Positions 51,418 through 63,088 of a stretch of DNA of 64,000 nt are shown piece after piece. The position numbers were made by a program, and so were the translations under genes. Position 1 is the stretch's first letter. Each line of letters opens with the position of its first letter. A model generated the notes under the pieces. That model searched no databases. It was given only the letters and a program-made list of their open reading frames with translations, and was not told where the DNA came from. The stretch comes from Octopus bimaculoides (lineage: Eukaryota): NCBI RefSeq assembly GCF_001194135.2, contig NC_068998.1:2202433-2266432 (forward strand). The letters run 5' to 3'.

Positions 51418-54167
51418 TTATTTATTTATTTATTTAATTATTTGTCGCGTGTCTGCAGCTCACAGCAGTGTATATATGTATATATTCAAGGTTATTACGA
51501 ATTCAAATATACTTGGGGCATATTCGAACACTTGACAAAACCATTCTGTTTCTATAATATGCGGCAACAGTTCCAATACATTCTCACGACAAACAAACCA
51601 GACGAAATACAGCAAATAAAAGAAATAAAGCCACACCGACAATCTTAATAGAAAAAAACGATATTTAGATAAAAGAAAGGAAATTATACATTGCGATAAA
51701 ATAATCCGTATTTTCGCAAATACGCATGAAATGAGTAATTGTCACGGATTGTAAAATCTCTTTTATCAAAAATCAACGTACGTATGTTACTCGGTGCTAA
51801 GCCACATGCTAAGTATATGATACGGCAGAAATAATAATAACTGTCACGCAAATATGTAAAAAATATTGAACAAACAATCATATAAACCACACCTCGGGAA
51901 GTCGTGAGGGCTTAACAAAGAACACAAGCACTGCTTTATCTACAACAAAAGAGCCTAAAGGAGGTCTGTTCGATATTTCAATGAATTTATTAAATTGTTT
52001 GGAACCCGTCAACAAAATAATTTGATTAAACTGTATCGGTGTATTGGATGGATATGTGTGTATGTATGTATGTATGTAAAATTGTAGAGTTATATATATA
52101 CGTATATGAGTTATATACACATGTATATATAATGTATGCACAAATAGAAGTATAAGTATGCATGTATATATATGTATATGGGATAAGAAGCTTGGTCGAA
52201 TCCGGTTGAATCTGGTCCAGTACAATATTTGGCTTCTCGGAACTATGCAGCACATTCAGGCGATGGTGAATATCTTCAGCGATGTAGACGCTACTTACCC
52301 CTGCACCTCTTTTATGTACAGCCCCCCCTCTCATTATCCACCTCTTTCGCAAATGTTCCCAACTGATTTAACCTGAACAAAACCAAAGCCACTTGCACTT
52401 TAATAGGAAGAACATTGTTGACATGCCTTGGCTTCCTTCTTCGGGTGTCCAGTTGCAAAGCCACCGACTGCTCTCTTTAATGTGTGTTGATGGTAACAGC
52501 TGATACACTTCCCGATTGGTGTCGATTACATTAATTTCTGGTATTTCTCTCTCTTTAGCAGTGATATCATCTACCTTTGTGGATGCGCCACACCCATATC
52601 CCACTCTTTGTGGAAAACACTGCAATCACTGACAAATACTCAAAGATGGGAAACGGCACCCTTGATGGAAGGATCGATTGGTTTGAAAGCCCTCGAATGT
52701 ACAGAGTGATTTCCCGTCCTTACACACACACACATACACACACAATAAAGCTATATAATCATAAAAGGAATTTACAATACAATGATTTTTCTTAGGTATT
52801 TAGCCCCAGGTGAGCAATGATTGAGTAGACAAATGATCGAAGGTTTTGCACAGGGATTATCACATCTAGCTAAGACTACATTATCCAATGTGGTCCCCGT
52901 TTCTTAAAACAGCTGTGTATGATGTGAGGGATATTTGGTTGTTATTTCTAGAGGTTAGCTGAACGATCATGTAGAGGCTGTCCCTCGCTAGTTCGTGTAA
53001 TCAACTTAATATGTGAGAACGAGGATGTATGCAAACGAAAATAAAGGCAACAGAAAAACAGGAAAAAACAGGCTGTTCCGTTGATCGGATCGACTGGAAC
53101 CCTCGAACGTCGTAAACGACGGAGTGCTAATAACATTTGAAAATATAGCCACGAAACGTGCGTAGTCATTTTTATACCATTTACTAGTTATTCCTTTATG
53201 TACTTTATTGATTTTTAGAATAAGGTTTTTATGATATATTTATTTTCTAGAGGGTATGAATTACACACGTACGCATATATTTAAACAAATCACAGCCTTT
53301 CGAGGTCGATAAAATAAGTACTGTTTGAGCGTTGGGACCGATGTAATCGACTTACCATCTGCCCGTCTCACCCCCACCTATCCTGCTGGCCTTGTGCCAA
53401 AATTTGAAGCCAGAATATTCTCCTCAGTTGTTCGTGACTTCTTGCCAGCTTTCGGCGAGCATTGGTAACAGGAATCATCGGCTCTTAACTAGAAGAGTTC
53501 ATCGAGTTACTTTTTCAGCTCCACGGCGTTGGTGAAACACCTCGTAGACTAATGGCTAGTGACCAAGAAAAGGGTTACCCTGTAGGTGCGGTAGAACTAC
53601 TCAGCCAAGCTTTTGAATAGCAACTTGTTTTTTCTTTCTTTTGTTCAAATTAGTTCCATGGTGGTGAGTACCATTGTGTTGAATTTGCCCACCGTGTTCT
53701 GTACCGGAAACGCCTTGGCATGCAACACAGTTACTTATGTCATTAAACCCACATATACATCACACAAACAAAACAGTGAGAATATGTACTCTTTTTATGC
53801 CCGTCGTTAAAAGATTGTACCGGACGGCACTACCCCATTCACTGTTTAAAGGTGCGCTTCCAGATTTAGAAAATACAATTTGCAAAAATCTTCCACAATA
53901 CGTTTCTGGAAACCTCAGTAACTTTTCTTTTCAAACCAGAACGAAAAATAATTTTAAAATGATAAACCAGACGAATCAAAGAGACTGGCTAAAAATTCCC
54001 CAGGGAAATAAAATTGAGGAAGAAGTAATAGTAAATGAAAGAGAAAATGCAACAACGAAAGACAAGGATTTTTCTAGAAACTTCAGGTTTTGGAGAAATG
54101 ATGCTTCATTTTTGTTACAATGAAATCACAATTGGGGCATTTTGATGCCCGAGAAATTTGGACACAG

Positions 54168-54247
54168 TTTTCGGGGTCTAATCGGTTACTCAGCTTTGTT
54201 TTTCTGTTCAGAATAACAAAGCAGAATAATCGATTGGACCCCGAAAA
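54168..54247 (+). other. 80-nt stem-loop
   Basis: 36-nt arms 54168-54203 and 54212-54247; 31 Watson-Crick plus 2 G-U pairs on the + strand; 8-nt loop ctgttcag. Confidence 0.85.
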
Positions 54248-54310
54248 AAAATCCTCGCGCATGCGCACAGCCTATTATCGTTTCTGGATCAAAGCACACC
54301 ACGTAACCAG
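54231..54310. promoter_or_regulatory. Promoter-like site: CCAAT box and NRF-1 consensus
   Basis: ATTGG at 54233-54237 and CGCGCATGCGCA at 54256-54267 (perfect YGCGCAYGCGCR), in CpG-retaining unique sequence. Confidence 0.5.
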
Positions 54311-55065
54311 TCGTGACTGTTTTTAGTTTTGGGTATTTTCAGAAAATTCTTCTGAATTTGTGTTCTACAAACTCTCTCGTACGATTATGCCAAGAATATT
54401 TTTTGATTAAAATTTTTTCATTCACCTCACCACTCCCGCATCGATCACATATAAGTAAATAAATAAAGCGCGACATAAAAAATATTTTTCGAATAACTTC
54501 AAATATCGGAAAGAAACGAACACATTTATCTGACAACTCTCTCTCTCTCTCTCTCTCTCTTTCTCTGAGTGTGCGCGCGTGTGCATGTAATTGTGTGTGC
54601 ACGCATGATAGTATAAAATGAAGAACTAAGCACAAAGAGACATCTGTCAGGCTGTGAGTGTATATTCACGTGTATCTATAAATTTATGCACTTGAGTCAT
54701 TACCCCACACCTATAATATAAATAAATAAATGAGAAGACTTCTTTTTACTTTACGACATCTTCGCCTCCAGGAATGCACCGATCGACAACCCTCCGTTAC
54801 ACAAAAACTAAATAGGGGAGCGTGCGGACAGCTGGCATTAAACCGCCCTTGTTCTTTCCTGTTTAATCATCCCATAGAATTATGTAGGTGTCTGTCTCAA
54901 TCATATTCTTCTCTTCATGAACCTGTTCTTTTCTATATTTCTGACAATGAATGGACAATAAAGAACGTTTAAATTATGCAGACGACATAGAGTTTTTTTC
55001 TTTTGTTTTCCTTTTTTAAAAATTCATCTTAATGAGAATTGAAATTCGGAGAATAAGGAAGGGCG

Positions 55066-55113
<48 letters not shown>

Positions 55114-55134
55114 GGAGTAGAAGGACAGCTGACA

Positions 55135-55440
55135 ACTGATGAAGAGTCGTTCTTTATGTTACTTGTCTTGTTTTCCATTTGTTTCTCGCGTTGTTTGCGT
55201 ACCCATCTTTATTTTCGTTTTTCATGTTGTTTACGTTTTGTGATGTCCTGTACCCATAGATGCATATCTATATACATATATATGTATACAGTTATTTAAG
55301 AGATGAAGATTTATGTACATTATTTACATTTGACGGATATTTGTCCTCATCTTGTTTGTTGTTAACACAACGTTTCGGATGATATACCATCCAGTCTTCA
55401 TCAGGTGTCTTAGGGAAATTTCGAACTTGGGTTCCCATTC
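55135..55440 (-). mobile_element. Penelope-like pLTR fragment
   Basis: Contains a hammerhead-like motif on the minus strand and a short inverted ctgatgaag copy at 55136, an arrangement typical of PLE termini. Confidence 0.6.
55364..55409 (-). ncRNA. Minimal type I hammerhead-ribozyme-like motif
   Basis: Minus strand gacac-CTGATGA-agact-ggatg gtatat catcc-GAAAC-GTT-gtgtt: stem I gacac/gtgtt, stem II ggatg/catcc, palindromic ACGT stem III, GUU cleavage triplet. Confidence 0.6.
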
Positions 55441-55549
55441 GTGCACATCTTAAAGAAAGTATTATCTCTGTCTGAGGTCCTTGTTGTAACTTGACAGATG
55501 ACTAAAGACTCCGGTGCATTTTTACCTACACCGTGTTACGAAGGGATAG

Positions 55550-55552
<3 letters not shown>

Positions 55553-55611
<59 letters not shown>

Positions 55612-55737
55612 TTAATAACAACAACAACAACAACAGCAACAACAAAAGGAAGAAGAAGAAGAAGAAGAAGAAGAAGAAGAAGAAGAAGAAGAAGAAGAAG
55701 AACAACAACAACAACAACAACAACAATAATAATAATA
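55553..55737. repeat. Compound trinucleotide microsatellite (AAT)n(AAC)n(AAG)n(AAC)n(AAT)n
   Basis: Read directly from the sequence. Confidence 0.97.
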
Positions 55738-56572
55738 GTCAAAATAGCGAACAAAGCAACAGTAAAATTGGAGGTTAGCACAATGACTTTTTTATGGGTC
55801 AACGACCGAAAGTATTTCTAGATTTTTCACTGCGGTTATTTTTGTAACATCAAAGAAACAAAAAAAACACATAAAGCTACATAAAATATAATGCCATTGA
55901 CCACACAGCTGAATAAGTTGTCATAACCTGGTTACTATGTTACTGAACATCAGACTTGCTCTCCAACGCAGTTCCTTTAAAATAATTGTTAAGGGTTTAA
56001 AATTAAAAGGGTTGTCGTCCCCTGCCCTTTTGACTGGAATTAATTTGAATTATTTACATAACTTTATTATTTTTAAAAATCTTTTCGTTGCTTCAGTCAT
56101 TGAGCTGCGAACATGCTGGAGCACTGCCTTCAGCGGTTTTTAAGTCGAACAAATCGCCCCCAGGCAGTGTGGTATTTATTTTATCGGTCTCTCTAGCCAA
56201 ACCGCTATGTCACGAAGTCGTAAGTATACCAACACCGATTGTCAAGCGGTGGTGGGAACAAACATAACACAAACACATACACACACATACATATGCTCAC
56301 ACACACATACACATACACATACACACAAATATAATAGGCTACCACACAGTTTCCATCTACCAAATCCACTGACAAGACTTTGATCGGCCCGAAGGTTTAG
56401 TAGAAGACTCCTGCCAAAGGTACTGCGCTGTAGGACTCGACCCCAAATCACATAGTTGATTTCTTTATTGAATGAAAGTATAATTTTAATTGGTTAATCA
56501 ATGAATTAAATTACTTGGTCTGTTTCTTCAAATATGTTTACAGCCACTTTACGATATTATTTTGTAGTTATT

Positions 56573-56790
56573 CGGCTGCGAGCTGGCAGAAACGTTGGCA
56601 CGCCGGGCGAAATGCTTAGCGGTATTTCGTCTGTCTTTACGTTCTGAGTTCATATTCCGCCAAGGTCGACTTTGCCTTTCATCCTTTCGGGGTTGATGAA
56701 TTATTAAGTACCAGTTGCGTACTAGGGCCGATCTAATCGACTGGCGCCCTCCCCCAAAATTTCGGGCCTTGTGCCTTGAGTAGAAAAAAA
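56573..56790 (+). mobile_element. tRNA-derived SINE (Meta-domain-like octopus family), CpG-intact copy
   Basis: gagctggcagaaacgttggcacgccgggcgaaatgcttagcgg..gcctttcatcctttcggggttgat..aagtaccagtt. Many other copies, e.g. 10770-10965, 25545-25770, 31975-32150, 38430-38620, 43630-43800, 45405-45605, 50430-50720, 53290-53410. Confidence 0.9.
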
Positions 56791-59004
56791 AGGAATTATT
56801 CTTTAGTTATTATAATTGCTACTAGAGTGTTAGCCGTCATGTGAGGGGTAGCTTTGCAAGTTTACCTTTTTACCGAAAGCGCGTGGCTTAATACTCAGTG
56901 ACTTCTTGATAAGATCATTTGGACAGATGAGGCNNNNNNNNNNNNNNNNNNNNNNNNNNNNNNNNNNNNNNNNNNNNNNNNNNNNNNNNNNNNNNNNNNN
57001 NNNNNNNNNNNNNNNNNNNNNNNNNNNNNNNNNNNNNNNNNNNNNNNNNNNNNNNNNNNNNNNNNNNNNNNNNNNNNNNNNNNNNNNNNNNNNNNNNNNN
57101 NNNNNNNNNNNNNNNNNNNNNNNNNNNNNNNNNNNNNNNNNNNNNNNNNNNNNNNNNNNNNNNNNNNNNNNNNNNNNNNNNNNNNNNNNNNNNNNNNNNN
57201 NNNNNNNNNNNNNNNNNNNNNNNNNNNNNNNNNNNNNNNNNNNNNNNNNNNNNNNNNNNNNNNNNNNNNNNNNNNNNNNNNNNNNNNNNNNNNNNNNNNN
57301 NNNNNNNNNNNNNNNNNNNNNNNNNNNNNNNNNNNNNNNNNNNNNNNNNNNNNNNNNNNNNNNNNNNNNNNNNNNNNNNNNNNNNNNNNNNNNNNNNNNN
57401 NNNNNNNNGTGGTGGTGGTGGGGGGGTCGTCGTCATCGTCGTGGTGGTCGTGGTACTGTTGCAATGGTGGTGATGATGGTGATGATTGTACTAATGATGG
57501 TGGTAGTCGTGTAGGTGGGGGTGGGGATGGCGGTGGTAGAATTAGCAAACAGTAGTGGCGATAATGTGAAGTAATGCATGACCATGGTCAAGTTTGTCGA
57601 TTGTCCACTCGGTATCAGTCAGTCCAAAGCAGTGATAGCTGACAAGAAGTTGATGGACATTCTGTAAACGCCAAACGAATTCATGGAGTCAACGGTATTT
57701 TATATTTTTGTTTCCAGATTCCGCAATGTCACTGCCAGCTTCCTTTTCTGAATTTGGCGGACTCCATTTGTCTGCTTTACCACCTTCTATTTTCGTCGCA
57801 ATTTCCTCATCTTTTGCTTGTTCCACATTTTTATTTATTCATTAATTAATCTCCACCTTGTTTTACGGTTTTGCAATAAGTATTTTCCAGTTTCTCGATC
57901 GCTTATTTTTCCCTTTATCTGTCTCTCAACCAACACTATGCATCTGCTATTCAGTATGTCTACAAGCCTACGTGTCTTTTGACCAGCATGGCTATCTGTC
58001 GTCTGCTTATCACCTATTTATCGTTAGTCCTATCTCTATCTGTTTTCTACCTGTAGTTTGCGTATTTGTCTAATACCTGTTAATAATTTATTTGTCCGCC
58101 CCTTGTCTAGTTATATATTTGTCAACCCATCCCTTGTTTAACGCCTGTTTGCCATTCCATTGTCTATGTATAATACGTTTATCCTTTGTGTGCATGTGTG
58201 TGCATGTGTGTGCGTGTGTTTGTGTGTATCGAAGGTAAAAAAGAGAGAAAATAGAAAGTTTCTGACAATGCGGGTAGTTTTTTTTATAAAATTTTTATAT
58301 TTCTGACGCAAACGCCCACCATCAAAAGAAAAACAGTCTGAGAAATGTCCATATATATATATGTTCATTTTGTCCGTTTGTCATCTATTTGTCTATCTAT
58401 TGTCGATCATCTTTCTTTCTGTCCTATATTACTACTGGCTTGATTATTATGTTTGTTGTTTTCAGTCTCATTGTCAATTTATCATCACCTTGCCCATCGT
58501 CGGCCCTTCTTCTATATATCCATGGCTCTATTTTGTCATCTTTTTGTCTGTCTAATGCAGTGGTTCTCAACCGGGGGTCAAGATTTTGTTGTTAGAAATT
58601 ATTTGCAATATATTGCTTATGCTTCTACAAAACACGTTTTAATAATTTTCTTAAATACAATTCCTAATGATATTAAATAATAAAAATGCAATGAGATTTT
58701 TTTAAAACATGGAACGGGTGTGAGGGTCCTTCCGGGTAAAATAAGAATCAAAAGACTCCATAGGTAGAAAAATAGTAGAGAAACACTAGTCTAAAGTCTA
58801 CTTAATATATATTTATTCATTGCTAATGTATCGAATTTTTTTTCAGACTCCTGTCTATTTATCGTATGCCTATCTTTCACCTATTTGTCTACAATCGTCT
58901 ACCTTATGATGTCTCCATTACCTATCATTTAACAGTTCGACTGGTCATAGGCTATCGATCATGTTCGTCTGATGACTGTCTATCATATATTTGTGTGTGC
59001 AATG

Positions 59005-59054
<50 letters not shown>

Positions 59055-59188
59055 AACGGAGTCGCAAATGCAAAATATCAGTTAGTTCTAGAGCACACAA
59101 TGTTCCTGAAGGTCAGCAATGGTCTTCGTCGGTCACGAGTGGAGGCCATCATGTATGTATGTATATATGTATGCGAATGTGTGTAAAT

Positions 59189-59222
<34 letters not shown>

Positions 59223-61165
59223 CTGTCTATGTAAAGCTTTAAAAAATAAACTGGTGTATCTATCTCTATTCACTGCGTAATATTGCGTTTTGGTCAACAG
59301 ATTATTTTTAGACAACCTGTTGGAAGCCCCCGCCCTCCTCCTCCTCCATCCCTGGCATTAAAAGCATCAATGTCAACATCCTTACTGCTTGTCTTTCAAT
59401 ACGTCTTGAAATGACGTTAAGTTATGTCACAAATTGGTATCTTGTTCATCATACCGTATCGACCAATGTAAATCGATATCAAGTCACTGTTCTACCACAC
59501 CTTCGAGATCGCGATTCAACGAAAGAGCCTTTGCTTTGTCATTCGGTCTCTTTAACTCTTTAACTCTTTTATTTCAGTGATTTACACTGCGGCCATGCTG
59601 GAGCACCGCCTTTAGTCGAACTTATTCTTTGTAAGCCTAGTACTTATTCTATCGTTCTTCTTTTACCGAACTGCTAAGTTTCGGGGACGTAAATACACCA
59701 GCATCGGATGGCAAGCGATAGTTGGGGGACAAACACAGACACACAAACATATACATATATATATATATATGAAGGGCTTCTTTTCAGTTTCCGCCTACGA
59801 AATTCACTCACAAGACTTTGGTCAGCCCGAGGCTATAGCAGAAGACGCTCGCCCAACGTGTCGCGCAGTGGGACTGAACCCAGAACCATGAGGTTGGTAA
59901 GCAAACTACTTACCACACAGCTACTCTTAGCAACCAAACTTGCTACAAATGACGCCTTACCGTTTTAAATATGTATAGGCATGACTGTGTGGTTTCAGGT
60001 TCAGTCCTACTGCACAGCCTCCTTAGGCAAGTGTCTTTTATAATAGTCCCGGGTCGAGTAATGCCTTATGAGTAAATTTGGCAGATGGAAACTGTGTGGA
60101 AGTCTATCGTGTATATGTCTGTGTATTTTTGTGTCCCCCATCCCGCTTGACAACCGCTGTTGGTTTGTTTATGTTTCCGTAACTCAGCTGTTCCGTATAA
60201 GACACCGATAGAATAAGTACTAACTAGAATTTTTTTTTTCTAAAAAAAAAAAAGAAAGAAACAGAAGTACTGCAGTCAATGATTTCGACTGAAACCCTTC
60301 AAGGCGGTGCTCCAGCATGGCCGCAGTCTAATGACCGAAACTAGTAAAAGATAAATATAAAAAGACATCTCGAACAGCAAGGCTCTGGGTTTATTCCTCG
60401 TGGGGGAGATGTAGGACCGTCATGTCGGAATGTAGATCAGTTCTTGAGACTAAACAACATCCGCAACAACAACAAACTAAACAACAACCACAACAATAAC
60501 AGTGTAAACAACAACAACAACAACGTTCAACGATTTCAGCCATTACAACCCCCCATTACAACCTCATTTTCACGCTTCACTGAACGGCGTCATTTTGGCT
60601 TCTTGACCTTTTCGTTCGTGCTGTCTTATATGTCTTGTAGCCTTCCGTTTTCCGAGTTGCTGCTGCTGTTGCTATACTCACTGACTATTTTCGGCACCTG
60701 TAGTTACTGTCGCAGATAGTGTTATTATTAGCGCTACTATCCGTGCTGTTGTTGTTATTGCAGTACGCTGAAAATAAATAAATAAACAAATAAATAAATA
60801 GATAAAAGGCCCCGGCAGAACAATTTGTTAATATGAATACCAACGTGACAGCAGATATTTTGATAATACACCTATCCCTCCTTCAAGATAAATTTAAAAA
60901 GTAACAAAGAATGTTATTTATGACGACAAAGACACGGCGCGACGCACAGTCATATACCAGATGGTGTCAAAAAGTTCCCAAACTAGTTATGTTTAATAAT
61001 AATAAAAAAAATAGAAACATTATTATTTCTAAATCTCTGAAAGAGAGATATTCAGTAACAGTCCTTTAAAGTAAAAACTATTTGCCAACATAATGTGTCT
61101 GCCCTGGATAAGACGATTGTTACTGTTGTTTAGCCCCAGGAAACATCGTTTCCAGCTGGCTATTT

Positions 61166-62165
61166 ACTTAAGTTTTATCACCATCTCCTTCGAAATAGTC
61201 TCCTTGCGCAGCGATACACGGGTCCCAGCGTTCCTGCCACTTTTGGAATCCGGCCTGGAAGTCGTTTTCCATAAGCGAGTATAGGACCTTCTAGGATTCG
61301 CTCTGGATCCCGACAACAATGTTAAAACGGCAACCTTTCAGCTTCATTTTCATGTTGGGGGAAGAGATGGAAGTCCACAGGTGATAAATCTGACAAATAG
61401 GGCAGGTGCTGAAGCAATACCATGTTGTTTTTGAGGAGAACTTGGTGACAGAGTGCCTTCTCGTCGTGAAGGATCCAATTCTTTGCGCTCCACAAATCCG
61501 GTCGCTTTCGCCGAATGTCCTCCTCCAAACGCTACAAAACGTCACATTAGATCACTCTATTGACGGCCTGGCCCGGGGTGGGGTCGGCAGAATTCTCGAT
61601 GCACAATATCGCGGATGTCGGAAAAAGAAGAAAAGAAAACGCGGAGCATGCTTTTGATTGAGTTGCAGCTCTGTTGTGCTTTCTTCGGTCGTGGAGATGA
61701 ACGCCTCTTCCATTGTGACGACTGCTGCTTCATCTCAGGGTCGTACTCGTAGACCCAACTCCTGTCACCTGGGATGATGGTCGACATGAAGGAGGAGGTC
61801 ATCAGCGATACGCTGACGGAGATCTTGACAGACTTCGACGTTCTTACTGTTCAATGGTCAGTAGGCGAGGGACAAACTTAGAAGTGACACGCCGCATGTT
61901 CAATCCAGACGTGAGGATTGCCTGCACGGACCCATACGACAGGCCAAAAATATCAGCAATGTCGTTGATTGTCCCCTCCGACGATCCTCATACACAAGCT
62001 GATGCATTTTCTCCACATTTCCGGGGGTGACGCTCATGGCAGGTCTTCCAGACCGATCATCGTCTTCCAGACCGATCATCGTCTTCCAGGGACGTTCTTC
62101 CGCTTTTGAAGCGCCCGTGCGACCCAAATTTCCGAAAATACATGTTAGCAACGTTTTCATGGTGA
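61166..62165 (-). mobile_element. Degraded mariner transposase, second subfamily
   Basis: Fragments IPGDRSWVYEYDPEMKQQSSQWK, WILHDEKA, HLPYLSDLSPVDFHLFP and C-terminal DFQAGFQKWQERWDPCIAAQGDYFEGD. TIR-like taccagatggtgtcaaaaagttcc near 60955. Confidence 0.92.
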
Positions 62166-62329
62166 TCCAAAATTAGTGAAATCCAATGTGACAAGGCTGG
62201 CCCCTTTGAATTACAGGTACAAGTCATTTTTGCCAGCCGAATGGAGCAATGTGATCTAAAGCGTCTTGCTCAAGGACACAACGCATCGCCAGGAATTGAA
62301 CTCAAGACCTTACGATCGTGAGCCGTAAA

Positions 62330-62590
62330 AGAATTCTTGCAGCTCCAAGCATTGCTGATTCTTGTAGGCGTTCTACCTTCACACTTGCACCGATCTTTTT
62401 CAGCCATGCTGGTAGTTGAGTTCTGATACTTCCAAGAGCACCAATTACTTTGGTATCACGTCTTCTCTCTTCATTGACCACAACCTTCGTATTTCCCACT
62501 TCAAATCGTCATAGTTGTTTTATTTTTTCTTCTTCTTTCTCTTTGATCCTGTTGTCATCAGGATATGCTATATCAATTATCATGCATGTT
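62330..62590 (-). mobile_element. R4/Dong-type remnant
   Basis: Reverse strand reads EEEKIK.YDDLKWEIRRLWSM...VIGALGSIRTQLPAWLKKIGASVKVERLQESAMLGAARIL; adjacent to a (TTA)n run. Confidence 0.78.
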
Positions 62591-62623
62591 CTTTCTTTTT
62601 TATTCACCACCACAACAACAACA

Positions 62624-62625
<2 letters not shown>

Positions 62626-62712
<87 letters not shown>
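62626..62712. repeat. (TTA)n microsatellite directly upstream of a splice-acceptor-like site at 62728
   Basis: Read directly. Confidence 0.95.
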
Positions 62713-62713
<1 letters not shown>

Positions 62714-63088
62714 TGTTATTCTTGGCAGAATGTAACCAAAATGGTGTCTGAAGAAAACCAAAACGATGAAGTACTTTAGATGGAAATCTGTCGAAGTGTT
62801 CCAAAATGATAAAATGTGACGAAATGTAAAGAAGAAAACATGAAAGAACAGCCATCGAAACGCAATAAATCGTAACGAAGAAGATCCAAACCAAGAACGA
62901 AGGAAAGAAAACGTAACCAATAAGGACACACAAAAAAAAAAAAAAAAAAACCAATATAGAATAAAGTAATTACAAGAAAAATTAAAGCAACAAAACAAAT
63001 TAAACTATAAAAATGATATACAAAAAGAGTTTAAGAAAACATGTAAAACTATAAAATAGTAAAGATTGATAAAAGAGAATTATGTACA

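Noticed and set aside
52170-52625. Minus-strand ORFs (85 and 108 aa) and an ag/gtaagt-bounded 74-nt segment at 52299-52372
   Set aside because: The bounded segment has stops in all frames; RGAGVSSVYIAEDI resembles a degraded LINE endonuclease.
53737-54123. 128-aa + strand ORF
   Set aside because: No recognisable motif; consistent with chance in AT-rich DNA.
1533-62998. Most ORFs in the supplied track (poly-HT, CV, YI, N, H, L and X-rich)
   Set aside because: They arise from (CA)n, (TA)n and trinucleotide microsatellites or N gaps; no domain content.
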